This document shows positions 1 through 12,390 of a stretch of DNA of 64,000 nt, piece by piece (the first letter of the stretch is position 1; the number at the start of each line of letters is the position of its first letter). Origin of the DNA: Octopus sinensis (lineage: Eukaryota); assembly GCF_006345805.1 (NCBI RefSeq), contig NC_043018.1, forward strand, positions 2,418,001 through 2,482,000, written 5' to 3'. Made by a program: the position numbers and the translations under genes. Below the pieces are notes generated by a model, which saw nothing but the letters and a program-made list of their open reading frames with translations, had not been told where the DNA came from and made no database searches.

Positions 1-1149
1 TATATAAATATATACATATATATCTGTGTGTGTGCGTGTGTGTGTGTATTTATGCATGTATGTATACCTATATATTTCCTCTGGTTATCAAATTTACATG
101 TTAATAGCTTTTTTAATATGTCTATATATCATCTTTATTGAAATCGTATTCAATTTTTGTCTTATAATCTGAAATAGAAAAGTACAAACCAGCCAACACC
201 TTTTTTTTTTCTTCCCTATCATATTTTCTCAATTTCACTCTTAGCTGCCTTTGTGTTTATTTTCATTCTTATTTCCGACTTCATAATCGTAAAAGACCAA
301 ACTGAAACATAATTTCTAAATATGAATAGAGACGTCTACATGGTCATTTGAATTCCTGAAACATCAACTAACCCCCACTGAAATAAGGGAAGGTAATATT
401 TTGTAAAGGACTCGTTTAATAACGCGATCGTTATATTCTAAACACTTTGGGGTGGTTACAGTTGGCACGACTGTTGTGACCCCTTTGTGTGTAACTAGTC
501 TTAGTTAGCAAGTTAGAGCCCGGAAATAATTAACGTGCAATACGTGCAGCACAATTAATGTAGTCTTATCCATGCAACACAAACCACACTTGGCTATAAA
601 AGACGTCGCAGCAACAATTACACAGCATCATTAGCCAGGCATCATTAGCCAGATGAAAAGTATGAGCAGCCTCAAACAGAAAGCACTAACGACACACTTG
701 CTAGAAATGAAACTGGGTTTTATCAGGCAAAGAAGGAGAGAAGAAGGAACATAAAACAAAGAAGATGAAGTAAAACAACGGCGACAACAAGAGAAATCTG
801 ACAAGTAAAATAAATTACAAAGGAAACAGAAAAGTACTTTAGAAAATGACTGATAAAAATCAATAGAACAATAGCATTATCCTTGCAGCACTATATGTCA
901 CAATAGTAGCACCAAACGACATATCTAGCACACGGACAGCAAGTAAATTCACTTATAAGTCATTTATTACGAAAGGCACTTGGAAAAGTAGAAGAAAAAA
1001 ACCCCACCAAACTCGAAAAATTTAATACGAAATTAAAATTACATTCTATTTCCCTTTGACATACAATCGGACCCGTTCCTTTCATTAAACAAATTAAGTC
1101 TTATAAAGAAACATGAATAATTAACACAAAATAGAATAAAACTCAAATA

Positions 1150-2030
1150 TTTCTGAGTCTGCAGAAATCGTGTGCATATGTCTGAGACACCTTTTGCCTG
1201 AAAGAATCACTGCCTACATCAAACATACAGATCTCCTTGCACCATGATTGTGAAATTGGTAAAATCTTGGAATTGCGTAAAATAAATGTTTTAATTAGAT
1301 TAGTTCCTCGCAAAACCTTGTCTAACATATTCATGTGATATTGTGTATTATATGAAGATGTGTAACTTTGGAAGTAATATTTTGTTCCTACAGGTTATAT
1401 GAAAAAATTGATATACATACACTTATTTTCATTTACCTTCTCTCAGATTTATTCCTGCTCATAAAAAATGAAGAAATACTAGTTTTCGAAATGAAGTTAT
1501 ATATTTAATAAGATCTTAAAATATAATAATTATAAATAAATCAAAGTTTTAATTTGAATAATTCCTAATCGAACTACTCCTTTACACCTTCTCTTCCATC
1601 TCCTCCTCCTCTTGTTTCTATTCCTCTTTCTCGTCCTCTGTTTATGATTCTTCTCTCTGTCACTGTTTGTCGGTAACTTGGTGCCACTAAGCCTGGCACC
1701 TGCAGTCATCCCGAACTTTCTATTTTTCTTCAATTCTCAATTCCCTTCTTCCTGTATCATGTGATGTTTGACATGGAAAATCAACCAAGGATTCAACGTT
1801 TATATCGACCATGTTCATATAGTGATGGTCATTGGTTACGAATCGTTGATCACCACTTTAGAGGGGAAGGTTTTTAATTAGTAAATGAAGCTAACACTGG
1901 AAAGCATCACTATATAATTATAAACTGTGAGATAGTATATTTCCCACTGTCTTGTAGGATGTGCGCAGTGTTAATTGTTTTATATTTGAAAAACTATTAG
2001 TAGATGTATTTTCCTTTTTGAGTATTCAGG
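1150..2030 (+). mobile_element. Heavily decayed non-LTR retrotransposon RT remnant, probably Dong/R4 clade
   Basis: Hand translation gives fragments LLPERITAYIKHTDLLAP* (~1190-1245) and QPRIQRLYRPCS (~1780-1820). These resemble the R4/Dong RT blocks 'ERI...LL..EQ.G' and 'HPK.D.QRLY.PR'. Many stops; boundaries uncertain. Confidence 0.35.
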
Positions 2031-2210
2031 AAAAAATGGTTAAAATGTCAAGCGACACTAGTTCAATGTCGAAAAATACAGCAGATTCCACAAACATAAA
2101 ATCCCTGTTCTATTATGTCTTTCTAAACATTAAACATATTTATGAAGTCATTTCGGAAGACGTATATGTGTTTAAAATACATGAAATACAAAGCCAGCAG
2201 TGTTATAGAC

Positions 2211-2447
2211 CAGTGCTATTCAAGGTGGCGGTCCATGGACCGGGGCCGGTCTGCGAGACATCAGCTGCCGTTACGTAGAAATTTTCAAGAAAAGAAACAT
2301 AAAATGCTTATAAAATGCTTTTATTATATCCATCATATATATTGTTTCTGGTATAAATTAATATTACTAAAAAATATTACCGGTCCCTGGCATATTGGTA
2401 AAAACAAAACTGCCGGTACGCCACATCAGATAGTCTGAGAAGCGGTG
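2211..2447. mobile_element. hAT (Charlie-like) MITE
   Basis: Starts CAGTGCTATTCAA and ends CTGAGAAGCGGTG (imperfect TIR). Flanked by near-identical 8-mers TTATAGAC (2203-2210) and TTATAGAG (2448-2455), as expected for an 8-bp hAT TSD. Internal repeated (G/A)CCGGT(C/A) motifs. Confidence 0.7.
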
Positions 2448-4658
2448 TTATAGAGGCAACAACTTAGACTGAGTTTGGCGCAACTCTTCTCACTCCTTCA
2501 CATACCAGACTAGTCCCCAGACCAAGTAACTGCATCTTCAACGATACTGTCCCTTTTGTCTGCATCTATTCTACCCTGATATCTGTGCTTCAGTGTTTTC
2601 TAATTTTGTCGACTCTAGGCAATCCACCGACCGACTGAATAGCAGGATCTTAGAGACTTCAGTGCTTCAGTGACATCCGATTTGGAAACGAGTCACATGT
2701 ATCTTGATCTTGCCGCTCCGACTACCAGTCCAACCAATAACTCGCTGACTACGCCGTGGCTACCACCACCAGATCCTCCATCATTCGCCTTTATAGAATA
2801 CATGGACTCATTTTCTCTCTCCAAAATTGTACCCCTGTCGTTGTGAATCATCGTCCATCTCCGTTCATCTATCAAATGTTTTCTATCTGGCCTATTATAT
2901 ATACACTTGCCCTCTCTTTATTACTCTCCTATGACGCTTCCAAGTACCCCTACACCCTTCATAACTAGACTCATCTCACTCCACACCACTTTCAAGTCCA
3001 CGCACAAGCATTCAACACGACATCGTCGCCCCTACATACATACAACTCAATCCTGATAATTCTCCCGCACATTCACACGTCTCACACACATGTAGAAACA
3101 AACTTCATCTCGTCTACCATATTGCTCCCTACACGTTGGCATGCACATATTCACACGGTCACACACACACGCCACTTTGTTAACACGAGTATACGTACAA
3201 ATCCTTATTCTTGTCACACGTACAGTTACATATATCACCATTCATCCACCACCTCTCACATATCCACGTTACATTCTCTCACGCACACTCACAATAAATC
3301 TCAAAACTTCCCTCGTTTTACTCCCACTTTCTTTCTACAAACATACACACAACACGCAAAGACACAATTCTGCAACCCCAGACACACATTTCCATGCTCG
3401 CTTACTCTCAGTCAGAAACGTTTCTCCACACTTCTCGCTCCTACTTTACTTGACAGCTCTACGTCACACGTTCCCTGCCACCGAATCTTAACGTTGCTAT
3501 CACGCACGCAACACACACACACACACTATCAAGTGCACACGTTCACCTTTACCTACTCTTCTATATCTTATTGCTTTTTACTCTGATTTTGTGTCTAAAG
3601 AAATTCATATCTGTTTCCCTTGGCATACTCCATATTCCTCTACATTTTTTGGTCCTACTTAACTCCTCCACTCCACACTTACCTCTTCAAGTCTCCTCCG
3701 AGCGGTGGTGGTGGTGGAGGCGCTATTCTTAGTCTTTCTATAATTTGTATTATCGTAAAAATATGCTTCTTTTCTCTTCTTTGTACTTCCTTCCTTGAAA
3801 TACACAAGCCTCTTCGCTTCGACAACATACACTCACAGTCTATCATTTGTTTTGCCGCTGTTAACGAATTTTCTTACCATTACCTCAACATGCCTAAGAG
3901 ACATCTTGTAATCACCCCAGATTCTTCAGAAGTCTTGTGGAAATCCATTTGGTTTTCCCCAGTGTTGCTTCATTTATGTGAATGCGTAATGTTTTTCTCT
4001 TTAACTTTTAAACATTATTTTGTATTGTAATAATTCACTTACCTTTCCTTGAACAGTTTCTCTAACTTTAGATTCTTTCAGTCATATCTTGCTTATGTGT
4101 AACACTGTCTCACATCCATCCTCTTTCATACCACATATTTCAAATACCTCTCGTTTGATTTTACCTAGAACTAAAATCTTATACCTCAAACTAAAAAAAC
4201 CCTCCTTATATCAACTCTTCTCTCCAAGAGCTTCACAATTACACACCTCACACTCCGACCGTATTTCTACACATCCACACTTCAACGCACATACATTTTG
4301 CCAATGAACCATAAACGCCACACGACCACATATCCGTCTGTAAACACTGATACAGTCAAAGACATCCAGATTCACCCATAATCTGCTTTTCTTAACTATC
4401 CCCATAGAATCGTATCCTCATCTGTCTCCTGAGTATCCTCATTATTATTTAGTTCCTTGGCATTTATCGGTGTTATCATTTTAAGTTTCTCCTTTCCCAT
4501 TATAGTTGGTGAATATCATCTGCTGATGAAATAGATGTCCGTCTATCAAACAAAATTTGGTACCAGTGGAAGGGTTGCACTGACCAATAACTATCCTAAG
4601 TGCAGATAAAGCGATTTACTATATATGACCCTACCCCATTTATAAAAGTTGTTAGCCC

Positions 4659-4800
4659 CTTCTTCTTCTTCTTCTTCTTCTTCTTCTTCTTCTTCTTCTT
4701 CTTCTTCTTCTCTTCTTCTTCTTCTTCTTCTTCTTCTTCTTCTTCTTCTTCTTCTTCTTCTTCTTCTTCTTCTTCTTCTTCTTCTTCTTCTTCTTCTTCC
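4659..4800. repeat. (CTT)n trinucleotide microsatellite, about 47 units, one phase break near 4710
   Basis: Directly visible; source of the poly-F/S/L ORFs at 4600-4872. Confidence 0.97.
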
Positions 4801-5130
4801 TCGCTACTTATTCATTCAACAACTACACCTTTATTTACTTTTTTCTTCTCAATATGGTTTTTAAAAAAATGAGAGTCTGCAAGGCACACAATGTCACGGC
4901 AAACATTTGGTACAATTCTGATGAAGTGGTACCCTAATGTCTAAAACCGCAAACATTACCTAAATTTCTACTTTGAAATTTGCATTAACTGGCGTTGGAA
5001 GCAGAATTGCTACAGAAACAATTGCAACGAATAATTGAAGAAGTGTTAAAGATTTTCTTTGTCTTATTATTTGGATTATAAATACATACGCACACACGCA
5101 CAATCATATACGTGTGTGTGTTTGTATACT

Positions 5131-5161
<31 letters not shown>

Positions 5162-5837
5162 GTGTGTGCGTGTTTGTGTGTGTGTGTTTGATATAAGTAT
5201 ATGTATATTTACGTATATAACAATTCAACTTTCAATCTATTTTATTCTGTCTCCATCTTTCTGTATATAAAATGGCCACGAATATTACTTATTACTTGTC
5301 AGCACAACTACTTCTTTGATCACTTAGACAGATTTTAGAACTACATACATACATAAGTACGTACGTACGTACGCACAAACATGCATATGGTCATACATAT
5401 ATGCATAGATACATACATACATACATATATATATACATACACACATATACATATGCGAGAAATTATATCAAAAGAAACAATGAAGCATGTGCCTTAATTT
5501 TGATGCCTCACTAAAGAAAAGAACAAAAACTTCCAATGCACGGCAACTAAACAAAATCTCTTTACTCAACATTAATTATTCATATATTGTCAAGTGAAGT
5601 ATCTATAAAGCACACTCAAGCATCTTAAGAAAGTCTTATTCTTAAAACCTTCGTTTTAAGTAGGTGACAGTCGCTTAAAAACGTCCTTCAATGTCTTTTC
5701 AAATTCACATGGGTATTTGTCAAAAGCTTAACAGTCTCTTTATTAATATAAATGATGAGACAATCAATGAGATAATTACAAATGACAAATACTAAAAAAA
5801 AACAAAAATTGAATTTTGCCGGGAACCAAATTGAGCA

Positions 5838-5880
<43 letters not shown>

Positions 5881-5921
5881 TACATATTGTGAGTGAGTAT
5901 GCATATGTATATATATATATA

Positions 5922-6013
<92 letters not shown>

Positions 6014-6029
6014 ATATATATATAGGAAT

Positions 6030-6180
6030 GTATAATACTATATATAGTCTCTGATTTAGTGCGACATTTATATATAAAAAAATTGACTGAAAACTGATGC
6101 GTTAACCCTAGCAAGAATCGAACCCAATATCAGCGCTTATATGGCTATATACGCGTCCGATTCATTCAACGAAAAGCTCA
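6030..6180 (-). mobile_element. Short tRNA-like SINE-type repeat, copy 1 (family D)
   Basis: Minus strand has a B-box-like GGGTTCGATTCTTG followed by an AT-rich tail into (TA)n. A diverged second copy lies at 6345-6475. Confidence 0.5.
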
Positions 6181-6304
6181 ACTACATATGTATGTTTAAA
6201 CTGTCAAATACTACTTATAGTATTTATAAACAAACCGAAGGCTTTGAAAGTTACTGAGAGCGATTATGGAAGTATATTAGCACCAAAATAACTATGATAC
6301 TATA

Positions 6305-6344
<40 letters not shown>

Positions 6345-6349
<5 letters not shown>

Positions 6350-6475
6350 TGGTTTTAAGTGACATTTATATATGAACAAATTGACTGAAAAAGGATCAGC
6401 TAACCCTAGTTAGAATAGAATCCACATATCAACACTTACATGGCTTCATACGCATCCGATTCGGCCAAACGGTCC
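6345..6475 (-). mobile_element. Short tRNA-like SINE-type repeat, copy 2 (family D)
   Basis: Alignable by eye to 6030-6180 (gacatttatatat..aattgactgaaaa..taaccctag..agaat..catccgattc). Confidence 0.5.
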
Positions 6476-6686
6476 TCATTAATTTCAGTGAAATTTTACG
6501 TATATATGACTATATATGTTTGATACATGTTTTTAATATAAGTTATAAAGCGAGCCTGAACGACTGTTTTAAAACACATGGCGCACTTTATAAATATACC
6601 TGTTCAGGCATAATTTATAAGATTCACGAAACTAATAGTAGCTCTTTTGGTTGTGCATTTACTTATTATATATATATATAATATAT

Positions 6687-6717
<31 letters not shown>

Positions 6718-6718
<1 letters not shown>

Positions 6719-6868
6719 TTATCTAGATTCAGCTCACGAGCTGTGGGCATGCTGGGGCTCCACACATTTATATATATATATAATATATAATATATATATA
6801 TATATATATTTATCTAGATTCAGCTCACGAGCTGTGGGCATGCTGGGGCTCCACACATTTAATATATA

Positions 6869-6910
<42 letters not shown>

Positions 6911-6958
6911 TCTAGATTCAGCTCACGAGCTGTGGGCATGCTGGGGCTCCACACATTT
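6718..6958. repeat. Three identical ~50-bp units (atctagattcagctcacgagctgtgggcatgctggggctccacacatt) separated by (TA)n spacers
   Basis: Units at about 6720, 6811 and 6910; directly visible. Confidence 0.95.
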
Positions 6959-7059
6959 ATATATATATATATATATATATACTTATATATATAGACATAT
7001 ATACATACATATATATATATGTGTGTGTGTGTGGGTGTATATATATAATATAATATACT

Positions 7060-7490
7060 AATGTGAGTTTGGAGGGTTATCTCACCTGGGCAATTGCCGT
7101 GGTGGCTAGCAGTTTTGTTGCAGGTTACAGTAAACTGCATCGAGCAGCATTTAACGTCTATGGCTACTATTCCGTTGCGCTACCTGGTGTTATCTGTGAT
7201 TGAGATCTAGATCACATCAGGAATTCTGCAGTGTTAGTTGAGATAAATGAATAATGAGGAGGAAGATGGATTATAGAAGGTGTCTTTATTCAGTACGCCG
7301 AACGTTTCGACCTTAACTGCAGTTGTCGTTCACGGCTGCGATATTGTGCATCCAATTGTGTTGCACCGCTCAGTTTAATCTAGGTATGAACAGCCACATA
7401 AACACATACAGTGGTGTACCGCTAAATATGTTGTATTCCTGCGTAGCTGCAGCAATCCTAATATTAATATACGGACAGCTTCATTAAATG
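7060..7490 (-). mobile_element. Penelope-like terminal-repeat fragment (non-coding)
   Basis: Minus strand at ~7295-7335 reads ..gtgaacgac-aactgcagttaag-gtcGAAACGTTcgg, a degenerate hammerhead-type core with the palindromic AACGTT stem III typical of PLE pseudo-LTRs. Confidence 0.4.
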
Positions 7491-7508
7491 CATGTATGTA
7501 TGTATATA

Positions 7509-7900
7509 GTGGAGGCGCAATGGCCCAGTGGTTAGGGCAGCGGACTCGCGGTCATAGGATCGCGGTTTCGATTCCCAGACCGGGCGTTGTGAGTGTTTAT
7601 TGAGCGAAAACACCTAAAAGCTCCACGAGGCTCCGGCAGGGATGGTGGTGATCCCTGCTGTACTCTTTCACCAAAACTTTCTCTCACTCTTACTTCCTGT
7701 TTCTGTTGTACCTGTATTTCAAAGGGCCGGACTTGTCACTCTCTGTGTCACGCTGAATAGCCCCGAGAACTACGTTAAGGGTGCACGTGTCTGTGGAGTG
7801 CTCAGCCACTTACACGTTAATTTCACGAGCAGGCTGTTCCGTTGATTCGGATCAACCGGAACCCTCGTCGTCGTAACCGACGGAGTGCTTCCAGTCCAGT
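7509..7900 (+). mobile_element. tRNA-derived SINE (family C), near full length
   Basis: tRNA-like head GGCGCAATGGCCCAGTGGTTAGGGCAGCGGACTCGC...GGTTTCGATTCCC (A and B boxes), ~390 bp body, CCAGT tail, ATGTATATA on both flanks (possible TSD). Confidence 0.8.
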
Positions 7901-9416
7901 ATGTATATAAACATACACGCATAAGTATATCTTTAAATTGAGGCATTGATATATGGATGGGTTGGATATGTGAGTAGGCCTTACTTGCTTTTGCAAGTGA
8001 GAATCACCTCATTAAATTATTCCACAGACATATATACACTTAATTTAATCCTCGCGTGTAATCCTTGTAACGCACTGTAACTATAATTTACGTTTTTATC
8101 GCGGTTATAATCACTTCTGCATTCTTGTATATATTTTCACTTTTCTCAACTTCTCCTAAAAATTAAGGGTCGACCGGAGGCTAAACAAAAATATCTCTTC
8201 CCTAATACACCGCATATTGAATCGAACGTGGCCATTCATCAGAAAAGCAATATAGCATAATATATAACGGAAATTGAACTTGATATCTCCTCTTTTCTAC
8301 GCAACTGCAGCAGCCATTAACTAGACTTCATCTATTCTGGGTTGTCTCATAATTAAACCGTACTTAACTTGCTTACAAACTCACACTCTTATATCAATAA
8401 ATATAACATTTAATTTGGAGATAATTTGATGTTCACTTAGGCTCCTCCCATATGCAATTAATATAGGAAAATATTTCATTTTGATTCTATGTTTATGACG
8501 AAAACTCACCCCAGGATTATAAATGATTGCAAGTTAATAGCTAAGACTTAATTAGAAATGATATCAGACATTAGATTCACTAATAAAGGACAGATATTTT
8601 GGGTGTTAATTCTCGTCATACAAATCAATTTGCTGTGTGATAATTCGCTTCTTTTCACGCTCGTAGGACACCTCATTATAAGTTAGGCACGTAACGTGAA
8701 ATTCTATTGAGCTCTAAAATATGTGATACTAATCCAGGGGGGCATTTTATCAAGAATTTATTATTTATTGAGTAATATAAAGCTGACTCAACTATCATTG
8801 TGCGGTGCAATAAGTTACGCGCCTCACAAGACGACAGCAGAAGCAAAGCTAGGAATTTGTTGCAGGAGTAGGTTCTATATTTTTTCCTTTTACTCTGCCA
8901 AAATGTAATGCAGATAATGTTGTTTACGATCATATTGAAAATTTCCGTCCTGTCAATTGTGGTTCAAGAAAACGGAAGCCAATATGCTTCCAATGAAATG
9001 ACTAAAACACAAAAATGTATATAAAATGGATTATTGACGAACACATACATATAGGTGCTGGAAGAGGTGAATGGTTAAAAGAGTTACTGGAGAGGGACCC
9101 TTTTATTTATACGCCAAATAGCGCGTTAGGCGTCGGCTTCAACTCCAGAGTATATTCCCCTCCAGGCTGTGTAAGATCATATTGCACTTGTTAGGTCAGA
9201 GATATGCACAATGCTCTGTGCCGCAAATCTCCATGCACATCGGTGATGTGGGAGTGACAGACAGGCATGCTGTAGGAAGCTGGCTTTCAAATACGTGGTT
9301 TCGGATTCTGTCTCCATTCACTGGATGGCACTCTTTGCAAATATTTGCCATTGCAGCACAACATGACCAATAATTGTGAATAAGTGTGCTAGACGGCGGT
9401 TGCATGCAATCTGTAC

Positions 9417-9470
<54 letters not shown>

Positions 9471-9537
9471 CACACACATATACCTATATATAAGTATATA
9501 TAAAAAGTTATATATATACATATACCTATATATAAAT

Positions 9538-9569
<32 letters not shown>

Positions 9570-9757
9570 CTATATTATATATATATATATATATGTATTT
9601 AAAAAGTTAGATATATATATATATACATATGTAAAGAAATTTTTTTAAAAATACTACCGATAATGGTTATATTTCCATAACGAAATCTACCTGAAAATAA
9701 TAGTTGATTTTGAAATTAATAATTATTTACCCTTATATTATTAATACATACATACAT

Positions 9758-9815
<58 letters not shown>

Positions 9816-9899
9816 GTATGCGTGTGTGTGTGTATGTATGTATGTATGTATGTATGTATGTATGTATGTATGTATGTATGTATGTATGTATGTATGACA

Positions 9900-10700
9900 C
9901 TTATATGACGTATTTAATGATGCATTCGTGGTCGGGTGGGCAATTTTCAGGGTCTCGACAGTTATAAATATTAAGTTCTTGGTGTTTACTTGTAATGATG
10001 CTTTTCATATTCGTGCAGCAGCTATATCATAATTTAACTGAGCGCTTCTGGAATATCTTTCTCTGATTTGCGAGAAAATGTTTGTCTGACAGAGACAGGA
10101 AATTCTACATATGTTAATTTTAACATTAACGGAAAAAGGGGTGGGGTGAACCAAAATATAATCTTAATTCCATTATAAGTTCTATTTTTGTTACTCATAT
10201 TATTATTAGAGATTATATATTAAGTCATCATATATTAAGCCCCTATTCGATAGGGCCTTTTTGTAATAGGGGGCTGCCATCTAATTTTTTTTTCCGAAGA
10301 GAGGTTAGATACTCTTTTACTAATGTTGGCTATCAGGTCTTTAAATACTATCAGGTGGGGTGATAAGATTGTATATATAAGTAAGTTTCTTGTTGGGCTT
10401 ATGATACGTTTTATAAGATCAAGAGATTAGGTCTAGTAAAACATCTAATATATCGGATTTAGACAGTTTATAAACGACTATGATCTTGATGCCTAATTGA
10501 CTGAAGGTAGATGTAAGATAACTCCTAAATTTATCTGAAGTGTGAGCATCACTGCCATGGGAAATACCTAATCCGTCGTCTCGGTACTGACCAACGTCTT
10601 GAGATAAGTACTTGGATCTCAATATATATCATACAAAGAGATCTACAAGACCGCATTTGTAAGCTCTATCTTACGATGCCATTGGTACCTGGAACACTTT
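9900..10700 (-). mobile_element. Penelope-like element fragment (RT C-terminal half plus linker towards GIY-YIG), pseudogenised
   Basis: ORF 10419-10622 contains GQYRDDGL (PLE YxDD motif GxYRDDGL) and DILDVLLDL. Downstream frames give YKTYHKPN, WFTPP and YNCRDPENCPPDHECII (CNCR..CP..C linker). Confidence 0.85.
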
Positions 10701-10934
10701 ATCATTAACGGACATTTTGGCAATGCTGAGCCCTTAATGAACAGTCGTGATTTTCCCGCATTCTCTCGCCTTATCATGCTCTTTTTAGCTTGTTATGCCA
10801 TGTGGACACAGGCTGAAGGTTGCAGAAGGGACCAGATATGTTAAAAATGCTGTGATTGCATGAAAATAATATTGGTTCATAGAAATAGATATTGTGTTTA
10901 TTTCTCATCAGATAGAGTACCTTTTGTTTGGAGG

Positions 10935-11075
10935 CTGCTTGCTTCACAATCACTTAGTTTAGGGCTTAGTCTCACTGCATGGCTACTTGAGCAAGCGTCT
11001 TTTCTACTATAGCCTAGAGTGGTCCACAGCTGTGTGAGTGGGTTTGGCAGACGGAAACTGAAAGAAGACCGAGGT
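10935..11075 (+). mobile_element. Degenerate 5' part of family A SINE
   Basis: Contains ..cttgagcaagcgtcttttctactatagcct..gtgagtgggtttggcagacggaaactgaaagaag, matching the intact copy at 14211. Confidence 0.7.
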
Positions 11076-11093
11076 ATAAGTATATAAATGCAT

Positions 11094-11159
<66 letters not shown>

Positions 11160-11298
11160 ATTGGTGAATTGAAGAAATGGAGCTGAACGCAGATTGAACA
11201 GAAATCGCTGTGATTTTTGCTACTAAGGTATCGGTTAAACTTTTGATTAATCTACTACAAGATTATTCATCTTTCTATTTCACATAATATATATATAT

Positions 11299-11341
<43 letters not shown>

Positions 11342-11438
11342 GGAGTAAACACATAAATGTGAAACAAGGTGGAAAAAAGAGTACTCAAATACTAGTGGTA
11401 GAGTAATATGCTTTATTTAAAGCAGCAGAAAATTCAAC

Positions 11439-11485
11439 AAAATCTGTTACTCTGAGTTTCTCGTTGCCGTTCATCAGACAGTTTT
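11439..11485 (-). ncRNA. Minimal type I hammerhead ribozyme motif (better-preserved copy)
   Basis: Minus strand: aaaactgt-CTGATGA-acggcaacga-GAAA-ctcagag-TA-acagatttt. Stem I ctgt/acag, short stem II cg-gcaa-cg, stem III ctc-a-gag, GUA cleavage triplet. Confidence 0.7.
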
Positions 11486-11500
11486 TGCTATAATTATAGC

Positions 11501-11548
11501 AAAACTGTCTGATGAACGGCAACGAGAAGCTCATAGTAACAGATTTTG
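11501..11548 (+). ncRNA. Minimal hammerhead ribozyme motif (mutated copy)
   Basis: aaaactgt-CTGATGA-acggcaacga-GAAG-ctcatag-TA-acagatttt. GAAA is mutated to GAAG and stem III has a mismatch, so it is probably inactive. Confidence 0.55.
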
Positions 11549-11574
11549 TTGAATTTTCTGCTGCTTAAAATAAA

Positions 11575-11629
<55 letters not shown>

Positions 11630-11639
11630 ATATATTATA

Positions 11640-11706
<67 letters not shown>

Positions 11707-12067
11707 TATATGATTATATATAAGGATAAGTAACTTAGGCAATTCGATTTATACAGAATATTAAAGACATTTAATAGAACAAATGTACATGTTTATGGAT
11801 ATAGAATAGTCCGACGCACAGAATGTAAATGATATCAGGAGTTAAATGGGTGGAGTTTTACGAGTCCAGCAGCTGTCTCTGGGATCTTTGTGGTTCGGGA
11901 TAATGATAGTTACTTGGATCCGATATGGGATAACACCGCGTCCGTCTACATTGGAGAATTTTGCATTTGAGGTGTTGACATCTACCGGCTCAAATTGATC
12001 TATCGGCTCGAAGTGTACTCAATATAGAGAAAACCTGTCTCTAACCTATAAACTATGTATATATATA

Positions 12068-12147
<80 letters not shown>

Positions 12148-12199
12148 TATGTGTGGTGTGTGTGTGTGTTCGTATGCTTACGTGCGAGAGGGTGCGAGC

Positions 12200-12390
12200 G
12201 TCTTTGTGTCTGTGTTTGTCCTCCCACTAACAATTGGCATCCAGTGCTGAGGTGTTTACGTCCACATAGAATAAGTAGCAGGTTTTTTTAAAAAATGGGT
12301 CGAGGGGTCGATGCGTTCGAGTAAGAAATCACCAAGGCGGTACTGCTCCTGTCTGCAGTTTAATGATTGAAACAAGTAAAAAAGTAATGA
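12200..12390 (+). mobile_element. Degenerate 3' half of family A SINE
   Basis: gtctgtgtttgtcc..gtgtttacgtcc..agaataagta..ggggtcgat..aaggcggt..tgattgaaacaagtaaaa matches the 3' half of the 14211 copy. Confidence 0.65.

Larger units (their letters stand above)
11341..11580. mobile_element. Penelope-derived fold-back element: 165-bp spacer-less palindrome (11411-11575) plus ~70-bp unique 5' flank, embedded in (TA)n
   Basis: Arms of ~83 nt centred on GCTATAA|TTATAGC (11493/11494), differing by 3 substitutions and 1 indel. Each arm carries a hammerhead core. Confidence 0.85.

Noticed and set aside
2500-2700. Minus-strand fragment resembling LINE RT 'EV..ALKSL'
   Set aside because: Only one weak motif, with multiple stops; not supportable.
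2700-4450. G-poor, C-rich stretch with 116-154 codon ORFs
   Set aside because: Strand-biased low complexity explains the open frames. It may be a very old CR1/L2-like LINE, but I found no motif strong enough to call.
6718-6958. CRISPR-like repeat/spacer appearance
   Set aside because: Spacers are (TA)n, the context is eukaryotic and there are no cas genes; treated as a tandem duplication.
7509-7585. Possible tRNA gene
   Set aside because: The tRNA-like head runs into a ~310-bp SINE body, with no complete cloverleaf or poly-T terminator. The same applies to 23205-23291.
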